Part shown: positions 8,673 through 20,354 of the stretch, piece by piece
How the letters are laid out: each line of letters opens with the position of its first letter
How positions within the stretch are numbered: position 1 is the first letter of the stretch
From: Paraphysomonas bandaiensis
Lineage: Eukaryota > Protista > Chrysophyceae
DNA: 41,119 nucleotides
Reading direction: 5' to 3'
NCBI GenBank assembly: GCA_965644295.1
Contig: CBFFRP010000061.1
Span: forward strand, 1 to 41,119
Notes under the pieces: model-generated
The model's database searches: none
The model's input: the letters and a program-made list of their open reading frames with translations, nothing else
What the model was told of the DNA's origin: nothing
Program-made: the position numbers and the translations under genes

Positions 8673-9883
8673 TGTAAAGCCGTGGGCTTTTATAACACCC
8701 TTTTACACGTTTTATGACATCATCATCATAATAATATTGATAACTATATTACTGCAATAACGATATGATAACATAATATGTAGGGTATATGTAGCTGGTT
8801 TTGTATGAGATTGACAACAAAAGACAGATTATTATTAGGAGAGCAAGACAGCAGAGGCTAATAGGATTTACCCTCACTACTAGGGTTTACCCTCGAACAC
8901 ACGTTTTCTTTGGTCTACGCGATAGCTACCCGTTGGTTTACGCCTATATCCATACGGTAGTCGGTGTCATAGCGTTTTGAGTTAGGAAGCATTGATTGGT
9001 ACCGCATGTGCGATATTCGTAGTCCATTCATCATTATGAGAAGCTTTCTGATGGTTTTGAACAGCTCTATGTGCTTGCTCATCGTTCCGGACTATGATAT
9101 GCGATTATTTCCTCCATTGCCATACACCGTTGATTTTCTCCGGAATGGGGAGGAATTCGTAAGGTGCCATTGGACGTAGATGTAGAGGTGTCATGGGCAT
9201 GTTAGTGATCTGAATATGAGTGTATTTGTATGGTCCAGTCTAAAGTACACACTCTTGCAAGGAAATGATATTTAACCGTTCGATTGTAAGCTTTTGAACC
9301 CGATTGCATTTTGTCGGTATTATGCATGAGTTGGCGATTGTGTATTTCACGTTGTCATGAAATGTGCTTGCAATTTTTGTGGATTCGAATATTGTCATTT
9401 TGGGTGTTTGTGGCTCGAAAATCGGCGATTTTCTGCAATTCTCAAAAATTGGGGATTTTTGGGGTTTTGGGACTCAAAAATCGGAGGTTTTTGGAAAGGA
9501 CCTATTTAGGCGTATTTCAGGGCGTTTTTGACTATAAACGATGTAGGATATGAATCGTATGTAGTGTAGTACATGTATGAGCATATTGTACGGTTGTGGT
9601 TGCATTCAATGTCCTGTGTATGAGGAGGAGTCTTTAGACTAGGGGTCTGTCTTTTGTTTCGCTTGTAACTTAGTTTTTAATAATAATTCTCTATGAAATT
9701 AACATAGTTGGTTGACTGATCTGTCTATTGGGAGCTTTAGATTGCAGGATACAGGGGAGCTTGTGTTTCTGGCTGTTGGTTTCTTAAAGAGTTATTATTA
9801 TAGCATTCTGTTTTGTTGTTTCGATAAACAACCATTTCATATCTTTTCAGTGATCTTAGGTTGCAAGACCTGAGTTGTTCATA
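8673..9883 (+). repeat. Gypsy A 3' LTR
   Basis: Direct repeat of 1953-3162, followed by the TTGG TSD and resumed copia sequence. Confidence 0.96.
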
Positions 9884-11489
9884 TTGGCATTCGTCGCACA
9901 ATGTAACATGCAGTTTGATAAGCATCAAACCAGAACGACTTTGGAAGTCCAGATGCCGTCAACATCGTCAGTGTCATCTCCCCAATTGTTCGGAATTTCC
10001 TCTCAGACACCGCGTTGAGCTCTGGCGTGTCTCGTGTTGTATGTGACACCCGAGTCCCATATCGCTGCAACAGATACTCTCTTATCTGCTGACTAATAAG
10101 TTCGGATCCTCCATCGGCATGATACTCCACTATACGGTTCCACCCCTCGTACTTCACTAAGTGGACCTCGCACAAGTGTCGTAGACATTTGAACACCTCC
10201 TCTCCGCTTCGAGTCCTCAATCCATATTCCCATATCATCTTTGTTGCTAAGTCCGTAAATAGGAGCACGTACTTATACCCTTGTCTGGATTCACAATTGA
10301 GGTAGACTGAGATGTCCGCTGTCACTCGTTCCAGAAACCTGACTGCGCTTAGCTCTTCGTTGTCCCGTGATTTGAACGAATGCCTGGTTATCTTCGCCTT
10401 GGCACACCATTTACACAGGGGTTTCTTGCAACTCTTCTCCTTTGCCTTCGAAAGGTGATGTCGTTGTAGTCCTGATCCTCTGAATAACATGTGTCGGTGA
10501 GCTTCTATTAACTTCGATTTCGAGACATGTCCAGTACGCTCATGTAAGCGATCCAACGCATCTTGTCCTGTATTATCCGACAAATTTACCTCCTCCATCT
10601 GATTGCACATAGACACATTTGGCAGATTTAACACCTCCATCAAGTCCACATACGGCATTCCTCCATGCTCATCGTACTCTCCAGTCAACACCTCGTTTCC
10701 AGAGTCCAATTCCACGATTTTAGGCTTTCGAAGCAGTTGTAATCCGTATCCCATTGATCTCAGCATTCCTCCTGACACAATGTTCTTCACCGCTTCTTCA
10801 CTAACTCTGATGTCTCTCCATTCCCCGAATGTACCAGCTCCCTGTGTCTCCAATTGAGAACCCTTTCTAGTTAGTTGGATTGCCCCAAACTCAGGAGTAA
10901 ATGACTCCAGTGCAATTTTATCCTTTACTATAAACAGTCTTTTACTTGCACAACTGTCCAGATATACACGAGGTTCTTCCGACGTATCCACCGATAGCAA
11001 AACCTCTTCTCCAAACATATTCGCTTCATCATCCGACGACTCTCCGTCGTTGACGTATTTCTTCCATTCTGTCTCGAATTTCCTGTTCGATTTTCGAGGA
11101 TTCTCATTATCCGGGTTTTTTATGTTCTTCCGTTTTTTCGACTTGCACTGTCGGGCTTTGTGACTAAAATCTCCACAGATATGACAACCAGTATAATCCT
11201 TTGATCCTGGCTGCTGCACACTCTTCGAAGCCTTTTCCTTTGTCTTCCCTTTTCTTTTGAACTTATCCATTTTTCTTTGTCGTTCCTTAGCATAACAATT
11301 CGCTGCTACATGTCCCTTCTTCCGACAAAATGAACAAACCACTGGCTCCTTCGACGCTGTAAAATTGATCTCTTCAGACTTGTCTCCCTTTAGTTTCTTC
11401 AGCTGCGTCATAGCCTCGTCATACTCTTCACAAGCCTCTTTCACCGAATCAAATGTAGTTGTTGCTTTAGGCATCATCGCTACCGACAT
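9879..11489 (-). pseudogene. gag-pol: copia-1 gag-pol 5' part: two CCHC knuckles, protease, GAG-pre-integrase, integrase core
   Basis: CSFCRKKGHVAANC, CHICGDFSHKARQC, YLDSCAS, LHERTGH...CKWC, TADIS...HADGG...NAVSERKF. The frame stays open upstream to about 11575, where homology ends. Confidence 0.93.
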
Positions 11490-11774
11490 CCATAAATCAT
11501 GTAATTCCTCTATCTGCAGCGCTGCTTTTATCTTTGCTAATTTACTTGCCTCTGTCTGCGGTTGTCTTAGTATATAGAATCTTCAGATCTCAACAGTGAC
11601 TGCAATATGAACTTTGTACATGTCAACTAACGTTCATCTTTATATATTACTTCAAACTGTCATATAGTGCCATGAAACAAGATTATTTTTTCAACAGAAT
11701 CGATATCTATCTACCTGACTTTCATATTCTCATCAACCCCTGTTGAAATATATATACGTGATGGGGACCTCACT

Positions 11775-13720
11775 ATGACAGTAATAAATAGAGCTTATGT
11801 TTACGCTTACGCTTATTTCTCTGGCGGCCCTGCACGGAATCGTAGAATGTCATATACGTACGAGATTTCCACTATGGGCATCATCAAGTAGAACGAGATA
11901 AGCAGATAAGCAGCCTCGAATATACTCATACAAAAAGGTTTAAAAACTTTGCATGTCGTTATAGTTGTCGTGGTAGTAGTTTACTAATGTCCTCCTCTGC
12001 TGCTCCGATCTCGTTCATCTCTATGGCTTTGGAGACTAGTGCGTTCATAATACACGACCATTTACTCCAATTTACCCGGTCAGTTTTAGATAAATCGAAG
12101 CCTTTGATTCTTCTGTAGGGAAAGTTACTTTTATGAGGCTCTCGCCCCCACCATAGATCCCACAACAGCCCTCTATAATGGAAATAAATGATGGCGCCCC
12201 CCCCAAAAGTGGAATAGAGCATTCTCTCGTGATGTGGATTGCTCTTCTTGTGTAGGAATTCACTCTGCATTTTGTGATGTATATCTTGTTCTAATTTCTG
12301 CTAGAAGTGTAAAATTATCTATAACATAATGCTTCCGGTAAAGTAGTATTCATTTCTTTCATATCACTAGACAAGTTTCAACAACGAAAAGCGATTAGCT
12401 AGATTCACATAGGGTTTTACACCAGTTGTGATGAGAAGCAGGTAGAATATCTTTCCATTCTTCAACTGATACTGCCGGACCATTAGTGTCATCGAAATGA
12501 GGTGGAAGGATAGCAAAGTCAGAATCACTGCTTGATATACCTGTAGCTGCCCTGCCAACAAATTGATCTCCACCTACTCCTTCAAATATGTATCGACTCT
12601 GAACGGGTCCTAAACTCTATCCAACTCGCAACCATATACTAATAGCAGGACCACCAGGGCAATTAGCTAAGGCCGTTGCCACACCTTTCCTGAACAATTG
12701 TGTCCCTATCTTATGTCTATAGATAAAATGGCTTCAGTAAAAGTTTTAAGAACTTTTGATAACCATTTTTCAAAACGGTCTTGAGAACTTCTTGGGTTCC
12801 CAAAGAGACGCCTATCAGAGCCTTCACAATGAGAGCCTTGAGTAAATACCCATACTGATAATGCCAAAATGGGACATATTATAGGGTGCTTTGGATTTGC
12901 GTATATATGACGCGGAAATCGATTGTTTCCTTCTTGGTTATTTTTCTGTTTGCCAATATAAATAGGTCATTGCATCCTCCCAAGATATGTTGTGATCGTA
13001 CAGTATATGTGCAACAGTTACAGATCTTGCTATCAAATTCCAGCATAGCAATAAATAGGACAAACAAAATGTATGTAGTCCAAAGTCATGATCTTGCTTA
13101 TAGCAGCTTTCTCTGCAAGAAATATACACCCTTTCATGGTCATTGCAGCCTTGTCTTCCCGTGAAGGTAACAAGCCACGCTGCTAAAGGTCAGCAACCTT
13201 TCTCTTGAATCCCTCGAGAGTTTCTTTAAACATACTCTCTATATCCGGTGAAGGGGTCATTCTCTTCTCCGTGTACATATTTTAAAGAGCACTTCGATGT
13301 CCATTAACGTGTGCAAACGAGTAATATTGTGGAGAGTCATAGTACAGACCAGTGCGACTGTCGATATTAAGAAGCACATGAGCCATGAACTTTTCCATTA
13401 CAACACGTCAGGTATTGGAAGTATTGGTGATACTTATCTCTTTCCAAGCATGCAGGGTAATTCTCATCAAGACAATGCGAAAATGCCTTGATCCTATCTG
13501 CATACTGCCTGCGGGTACTATCCGTTAACCGCATAGTATATATTACAGTATATTTTTGACTGGTCCTGCCTACAGGACACTCCCCGCATAGACAAGTCTC
13601 AATTGCACCATTTATTTTCTCATAGAACACTCGTGCATTGACTTCTGGTACCAATTTAGCGCTTATATTGCAAATTATTAAGTGAGATAATCCTTCGATA
13701 TTATAGTCTGTCATTAATCT
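11775..13720 (-). pseudogene. Crypton (CryptonS-like) tyrosine-recombinase DNA transposon, frameshifted, with stops
   Basis: Manual minus-strand translation across frames: STRRQY..., LLLCWNLIARS, KNNQEG...PRHIYANPKHPIICPILAL, IGTQLFRKGVAT, IWLRVG*SLGPVQSRYIFEGVGGDQFVGR, LWDLWWG...PYRRIKGFDL. Ends approximate. Confidence 0.85.
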
Positions 13721-14437
13721 TCGATTTTTTTATAATAAAAAGTTGAATTTTCGCAATAAAAATGCCGTTTTTTAACAAATTCTCAGTGTCAAAAGGTGTT
13801 TTTTTTTCAATTAATTAAAGAACGCTGGAGTCAATTATATATATATTTAATTGATACGCGTCCCTGGCCGCAACCCATGCTGACCCTCTCACTAACATCT
13901 CCACTCTGCAATTCGTTCAAAGAAATATAACTGACCGCATAATTATCATCATCTGTGCAATCTTATCAAACTTCTGATTATTAGTATGAGCTACACTACT
14001 TAGGGTTATTAGCTTGGGTTTTTCATGTATGTTGGGAATTACAGTAATTATGCTGAAGCACTACGCATTCTGGGGTACATAACATGATACTTTTCTACCA
14101 TTTGTCATTCTGTGCATACTTTGCCATGCATAATGCTATCCTAAAGGTCACCTGCACGAGCAACTTTTCTGAACATAACACCGACCACACTCAAAGGCAC
14201 AAACACTTCCTTATCTTGCATGCTTGGAATTGAAACTCGAACCCTATCCTGGTCTTCTCTAATGTTCATTTCATCTAATTTTTTCCCATATACGATGTGT
14301 AACTAATTAAGGTCAATATTCATTATAGCCATACATTTCATTGCGACTATTTTTTGCCCTGTAAACCATCTGTAAATCAATACTCCGCAATGTAAACGAC
14401 TGTATAGTCCACTGTATAAGTCAACCACACAAACATT

Positions 14438-17400
14438 TTATTTCATATTTAGCAGAGTATAATCTCTCCACTCGTTAAGTCCATCCACCCATCTGCAGAT
14501 AGGAAACCCTTAAAAGTCTTACAAGTACTTAAAATCCTTACCTTAGCCCATCTTCGTGTGATATGGCCTTCAGTTTGTAGTTCCTCTCTTGTGTTTCAAT
14601 GTTGAATCTTGATGAATCTATGCTCCCTCCCTGTCAAATGCATAAATCTCAGATACAATTGCTTAATACTCACGCACTTACCTCGTTGGGTATATCCACT
14701 GAGAGGATTTGCTTAAGATCTATCGTTACAGATGGTTTCTCATCGGGTCTGACAAAGCGATGTCAAAAGAATATACGGCAACACTGCACACACCTGTCAG
14801 AGCTATAGTATGCCAGCTCAGCAGTGGCGGGCAAAATTCTAAAGTAACGGCGCTGCCATTGAGAAACTATGCTCCCGTGCTTCTTTTTCTCAAGCCAGCC
14901 CTCCAGTGGATCCGGTTTCTTAAACAGTTCATCCGAACTGGTAACGCGCACAGGAGGCAGAACTTTGTCTTGTGGTAAAAGTGAACTGCTCTCATTATAG
15001 CTGGAGACTTGTCCTATACTATCCGGTACAGCTGTAGCAATAAGGGGGTTCATAGTGGGACTGATCGGGCTGGATTTGGGCACACCTAAAACAGCCTCCT
15101 CATCTTCAACGCAGAGGTCGCTGATATCCAGGTGATCCGCCTCATCGTAAAGTGATTCTACGTACAGTCAAACAACCACTTACAAACATAGTGGATAAAA
15201 TACGCAGCACACATCACACCCACCATGCTCTGCAGCATATGCCTTCCACTCCTCAAGTCCGGTTATCCATATTGCTGCATCCTCGTCTGTCTGAAATCTT
15301 AGCTTGATCTCGCCATCTACGAGCTCTATGTTGACTCTATTGTTGTCTTTGCCTTCCAGATGCAGGAACGAAGTCACATCTCGAAGGTCAAGTCTCTCGT
15401 CCATCTCCTTCTCCAGCCCAGCATCCCGATAGAAGTATAAAGTTCCCGGCTCCTCAGCGACCATGTACCGGCGTTGCCAAGCACCAACACTAAGCCCTCT
15501 AGTTTTGCTTTCCTTCCGTTCACCCCATCCCTTCAAAACTGTCAATGATTATCACACAACCCTATACATCATGTTCTGTAGCTCTTACTGTTTGGCACAA
15601 CGTCTTCCTCCTCGTTATCAGCTAGCTCCAGGTCCTGTAACTCCTCCGATCCATCATACTCTGCAATTTCTGTTATGATACTTCATTGATATACGCATGA
15701 TCCACCTCTTCGCCGCCAGAAGCGGAGTGAACTGAAAAGTGACTTCACAGGCACTGGTAGTGCTGCCACGACAGAGGCGACACCTCCCTTTGCTGTCTCA
15801 ATGCGAGCCTTGAGAGAAGCACGCCGTGCAGAACGCTCCATAAGCCGCTTGTGTCTTGCAAGTTGACGGCGCCCCTCTCTCAGCTGATCCTCAGTGAGGA
15901 TCTCTGAGCCGAATTGAAACTTTTCTAATTTAAGAAATACCAACACACGGTTGATAGTGTTGGTTGCAACAAGGACAGATATGCAAAATATGATAATGGG
16001 GAAGACTGAGTTAAAACTGTCGCCTACGGTAGTCATCTAGTCAGCATAAATCCCTGCTACACTACATTGCGTCACAACGTACTCACCAACAACCGGAATA
16101 ACCTGGATCTGGTAAAAGCGCGCAAAAGCAGTCAGTTTGGTAGATCCATCCATTCCTTCAGTCCACACTCCAGTCTTTGTTCCATTTTCAAAAATCCATC
16201 CAAGGTAGAAGAAGCAGAGAGGGGCAGCGAACTTAGCACATACCCTAGCGTTAACTGAAAGTGAATTGGGGGCAGTTTTCTGTCCCGGCAACAGCTCCAT
16301 CATATCAGCAATTCGCATCTGAAATATCGACCACTGCACATATATAGAGACAATGAGATATTCACGAGAGGCAGCGAGATATCCGTACCATGGCAACGTA
16401 TGTGGTGTACACAAGAGTAAGCAATACGAACAAACAGATCCACGCCCCAGTGGCATCGTTATCGTGCACGGCATGATAGTACACACTGATCACTCTAGCA
16501 ACATTCGGCATGGTACCAAGTATACCCAAGTAGGAGAAAACAGATAGGCACGATGCCATTACCGCCCCTGCCCGATACAACAGGGGCTTGTATTTCACCT
16601 CCCACATATACTCAGCCTCAGACGACTCGGCTGTGAAAGACCACTGAATGCGACGCACTCCGTCTTCTCGACACATCGCAGCAATAATGTCTTCGTACCT
16701 GTATGCACTCACTTTGGCTTCTTCAACTTTGCCTTGGGCCATGACGAAGGCATTATTGAGGTAGTATAGCCTTCCGCGGAGCTTGGCAAGGGAATTGATT
16801 GTTACCTTATTGTTGGAATCCACGGCGACCTTCCCTAAAGTCGACGAGGAGAATCCGTGCGGACATTCTAAAAAAAGAAAGAAATTGACGTCACAACATA
16901 GCGCAAAAAATCAGCGATGTAAAAAATAAAATAATGCAGGAACATATAGCCCTCAACTCACCTTTGACCAGAGTATTCACTGCACCATTTATATCTGGGT
17001 CAGACAAAGCTTCCACCTGTACACACCGACATACAACATTCGCCATGAAAATTAGGCAGAGTTTTGACGTACAAAATATATCGCACCGCTTCTTGAGTCT
17101 TGAGGACGTCAGCAACCGCCATCCCCATGTTTATATTGGCCTCACCAAGGGCTTTGTATCTGTAAGCTGCTTTTTGTTCCATGCGATTGAGTTCTCGGCG
17201 AAGATCTCCCTTCTCCCAAAGGTGTATCGGGAAGGCCACAAGGCCATACCCCATAAATACCATCAGTATTATCAAATAGCAGGTGTTGCTGATGAGTACT
17301 ATAGTCAACAGCAGCGCCTCTCCATCAGGCTTCACCACTCTCTCACCAACTAATACACCAAAAAAAATCGCCCCAAAGACGACACCCGCGATAGTCTGCA

Positions 17401-18013
17401 ACCCTAGCGTCCTGCATGTAGCATATAACCTATTCCACACCGTAAATTGGCCTGAAGTGGCAAACAAGTATATTAAATACAATATGATTCTTTCGTTATA
17501 ACATAGGGGTACAGACATCAGACCTTCTCGTAGGTACTGCTCCTGTACAATCATCAGGAACCCTCCTAGGATGGAGGCCGGAAGAAAAAAACACGTGTAC
17601 ATTGTAACGAGAGCTGCGAACCAGTGACATAAGTGATGATATTGGACAATGTCAAGCCATACTTGAGCTGTTTTCATCATAATTTTCACTCAAGCGATGA
17701 GATCTTCGGCTAATTACAGTAAGGGAAACTGGTAATGTAGAGGTGAGATAGAATCCACTTCATAAGCATTATATTACCATCCAAGGGTACAATGAGTAGC
17801 AGACCGATTGAGCAGAAATACGCAAGAAATATGGATACATACTGCAACAGTACAGTGTTACAAAGCAACTGGTAGACATATTTTATATCATCTTACAGAG
17901 TGCCAGGGGAAATTTTTGGGGTTGGCATAGAGCCGTATAATATAGATAACAAAAACAACTAAGAATACCCATAGTAATGTTAAATAGGCGGGAACGTTCA
18001 CTTCTTCTGCCAT
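14438..18013 (-). CDS. Multi-exon host gene: LMBR1-family (LMBRD2-like) multi-pass membrane protein with two C-terminal PH domains
   Basis: Exon 1 at 18013-17897 reads MAEEVNVPAYLTLLWVFLVV...; LLLIVPLD, ISNTCYLIILMVFMGYGLVAFPIHLW, KTAPNSLSVNARVCAKFAAPLCFFYLG, FNSVFPII; PH1 LKGWGERKE...WQRRYM...WITGLEEW; PH2 LEGWLEKKKH...WQRRYF...RWVDGLNEW; stop at 14440-14438; short GT-AG introns. Not every internal splice site was resolved. Confidence 0.87.
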
Positions 18014-18642
18014 GAGGTAACACAGTTATCAAATCGTGGCTTTCAAAGAGCCGTTTCAGAGTTAATTCAATTTGTATATCAAAACTATAACACCTGTGAT
18101 ACTTGGCTAGCACAATTAAAAGCTCATCATCTTAGACGAAGGGCTGTGTGTAAACAGTTTGCATGGAAGAGCTCAAACAGTCAAACATACTATAAACTAA
18201 CAATCTCAGCCAAAGCACATGTGAACACATCGCTCTAATAGTACAGAGTATACTGGTATACTCCATCGGACTACAGTTCGATCATGTGTTTGAAAGTACA
18301 GCAGAGTGTGTACAGTACTCTGTATGTACGAGTATGTACAGTGCTTTGTATGTAAAATAAATGACCACTGTTTTTTCCGCCTCCACAGTTTCCATATACA
18401 GTATATACCATACTTTATTGGTACAGTATATCCATGAATATGTGCTGTATATACTGTACATATATATACAGCAGTACCAAGAAATAGTCGGTTATTTGCT
18501 TGAACTCCATGAATTGTAGAAACAGATTGTGGAACGCATTTTATTCTCTATGTCCGCACGACGATACTTGATAGAGATTGACTTTGATTTATTGTCTGAT
18601 CTTTTTTAGTGAAGGGAGCTCCTTAGTGAGTCAACTATTCCA

Positions 18643-19899
18643 ATGAAGCGTAGTGCCTCGACAGCAACTCAACTCAAGCCAAAACCATTAGCCCCGACAG
18701 AATGGTTCTGTCACTGTTGCATGGCCAGGAATCACCACACACAACATGAATGTCGCGTTTGTGGGAGGCCAGATACGTATGCCCTGGCTCCACATCTTCC
18801 CCTTCATGACATCGGTAGAGTAGTTTTACGACCGTGTCAAATAGGCACACTCTTACCTGAGCATCATATTCATGATTACAACGAAATGAAGTGGACGGCG
18901 CTACATTCCTGTGCTGCAATAGGTAATATATCTCTCGTGACAGAGCTTCTGGATCGTGGAAGTGAAGTTGAAGCTGCAACTGAAGAAGGATTCACCCCTT
19001 TGCATTTAGCGGCTCACTCTGGCTCCATTGAAGTAGTAAGCATTCTCGTTGTACGCAAGGTGAATATTAATGCTCAAACCTTTTTTGAGAAGAATACGCC
19101 TCTCCACATCGCTGTACAGGAAGGTTGGAGGGCGGTCAGCCAATATCTGATTGATATGGGGGCGGATGTAAATATTGTGAACGCAGTTGGTAGAGCCCCA
19201 ATGCACATTGCCGCTGCCACCGGAAGAGTAGATATTGGACGTTATCTTCTAAAAAATAAGGCAAACTTTACTTTGCTCGACTACCAGGGATGGACTCCGC
19301 AGCAGGTAGCTGAGTACCACAATCACTTTGAATTTCAAGAGTTGATGATGCGTGCTGCATTGAAAGACAGCCAGCACAGTATTACAGAAATCGTTAAAGG
19401 TGAATGGGACACAGTTCTTTGGAATCAAGTTGTACGAAGTCGAAGAGAACGGGAAGATGCTTTAGTCAAAGACCAACAGGCTTACGGAATAGCGCATTCT
19501 GTTATTCCTCGATTGCAAAACGACATATCACCGTCGTGGAGTACGAACGACAAGCAGCAACTTCCTTCTGAAATGAATGTGACTAACGTGTCTATTACTC
19601 GACCTCAAAACTCTTCACCTCCTCACGATTCTCCTAAAGGGCACTCTTACTCTGAAGGAAATAGCTTACACTCCTCTCGATCCAGTAGAACTCGTGTTCC
19701 TAGGCTGGACAAGAGTTATGATACGCCTTTGGTAGCCCCACCCCCAGTCCTTTCACCGCTGAGCACAGGATCAGTGACGTCTATTCACACAAGTAACTCA
19801 CAAGGAGGGACAGTACTGTCGTCCCTATCAGGCACAGGATATAGCATTGTCACATCAAAGCACGCAGCAGCCGCACACAGAAGTATGTGTAAGAGCTAA
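18643..19899 (+). CDS. Ankyrin-repeat protein with N-terminal RanBP2-type zinc finger and Ser/Pro-rich tail (418 aa, apparently intronless)
   Basis: WFCHCCMARN...ECRVCGRP; WTALHSCAAIG, FTPLHLAAHSG, NTPLHIAVQEG, RAPMHIAAATG, WTPQQVAEYHN. Confidence 0.9.
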   Translation: MKRSASTATQLKPKPLAPTEWFCHCCMARNHHTQHECRVCGRPDTYALAPHLPLHDIGRVVLRPCQIGTLLPEHHIHDYNEMKWTALHSCAAIGNISLVTELLDRGSEVEAATEEGFTPLHLAAHSGSIEVVSILVVRKVNINAQTFFEKNTPLHIAVQEGWRAVSQYLIDMGADVNIVNAVGRAPMHIAAATGRVDIGRYLLKNKANFTLLDYQGWTPQQVAEYHNHFEFQELMMRAALKDSQHSITEIVKGEWDTVLWNQVVRSRREREDALVKDQQAYGIAHSVIPRLQNDISPSWSTNDKQQLPSEMNVTNVSITRPQNSSPPHDSPKGHSYSEGNSLHSSRSSRTRVPRLDKSYDTPLVAPPPVLSPLSTGSVTSIHTSNSQGGTVLSSLSGTGYSIVTSKHAAAAHRSMCKS

Positions 19900-20354
19900 G
19901 TATGGTGTGTCTTCCGCTGCATTTTATTCACACTATTGTCATTTGTTCGTGTAACAGCACTGACGTTATGTTGTTCCATACGTAGTGGGTTTATATAGTA
20001 GTAGTTGCGATGGGTTCGTCATTCATATTACGTTATTCAATATACAACGCAAAGAGTTCAACCTCATGATTGTGCTGTGCCATCCCTGTTGTGTACCTAC
20101 AACCTACAGCAATATATGCATTGCTCATTGCTTATGTGTGTTAACGCAACTTATAATATATTCCTCTTTACTTTGTGCAAACTTTCGGTTAACAACTTGC
20201 GAAGTATTTTCGAGAACTAAAGGAGTCTAATATATATTGCTCCGTGGAATTAAAATTTCGACTTGGGCGAAAAGCCAGGGTTTTAAAATTTGGACAAGGG
20301 ACGATACTCCTTATCCTTAGGTTAATTGTCGGTTATCTTCATGATGCTGAAAAC

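Larger units (their letters stand above)
1953..9883 (+). mobile_element. Full-length Ty3/gypsy LTR retrotransposon, family A (intact, young)
   Basis: Two near-identical ~1.21-kb LTRs, TTGG target duplication (1949-1952 and 9884-9887), intact gag and PR-RT-RH-IN pol, PPT at 8654-8672. Confidence 0.97.
285..11575 (-). mobile_element. Ty1/copia LTR retrotransposon (copia-1): 5'-truncated, split by gypsy A and cut in RT by a second insertion
   Basis: Domain order gag-PR-IN-RT on the minus strand. Removing 1953-9883 plus one TTGG restores the frame ...YIVRRMP|TRTWQGWMSPYEC... Confidence 0.95.
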
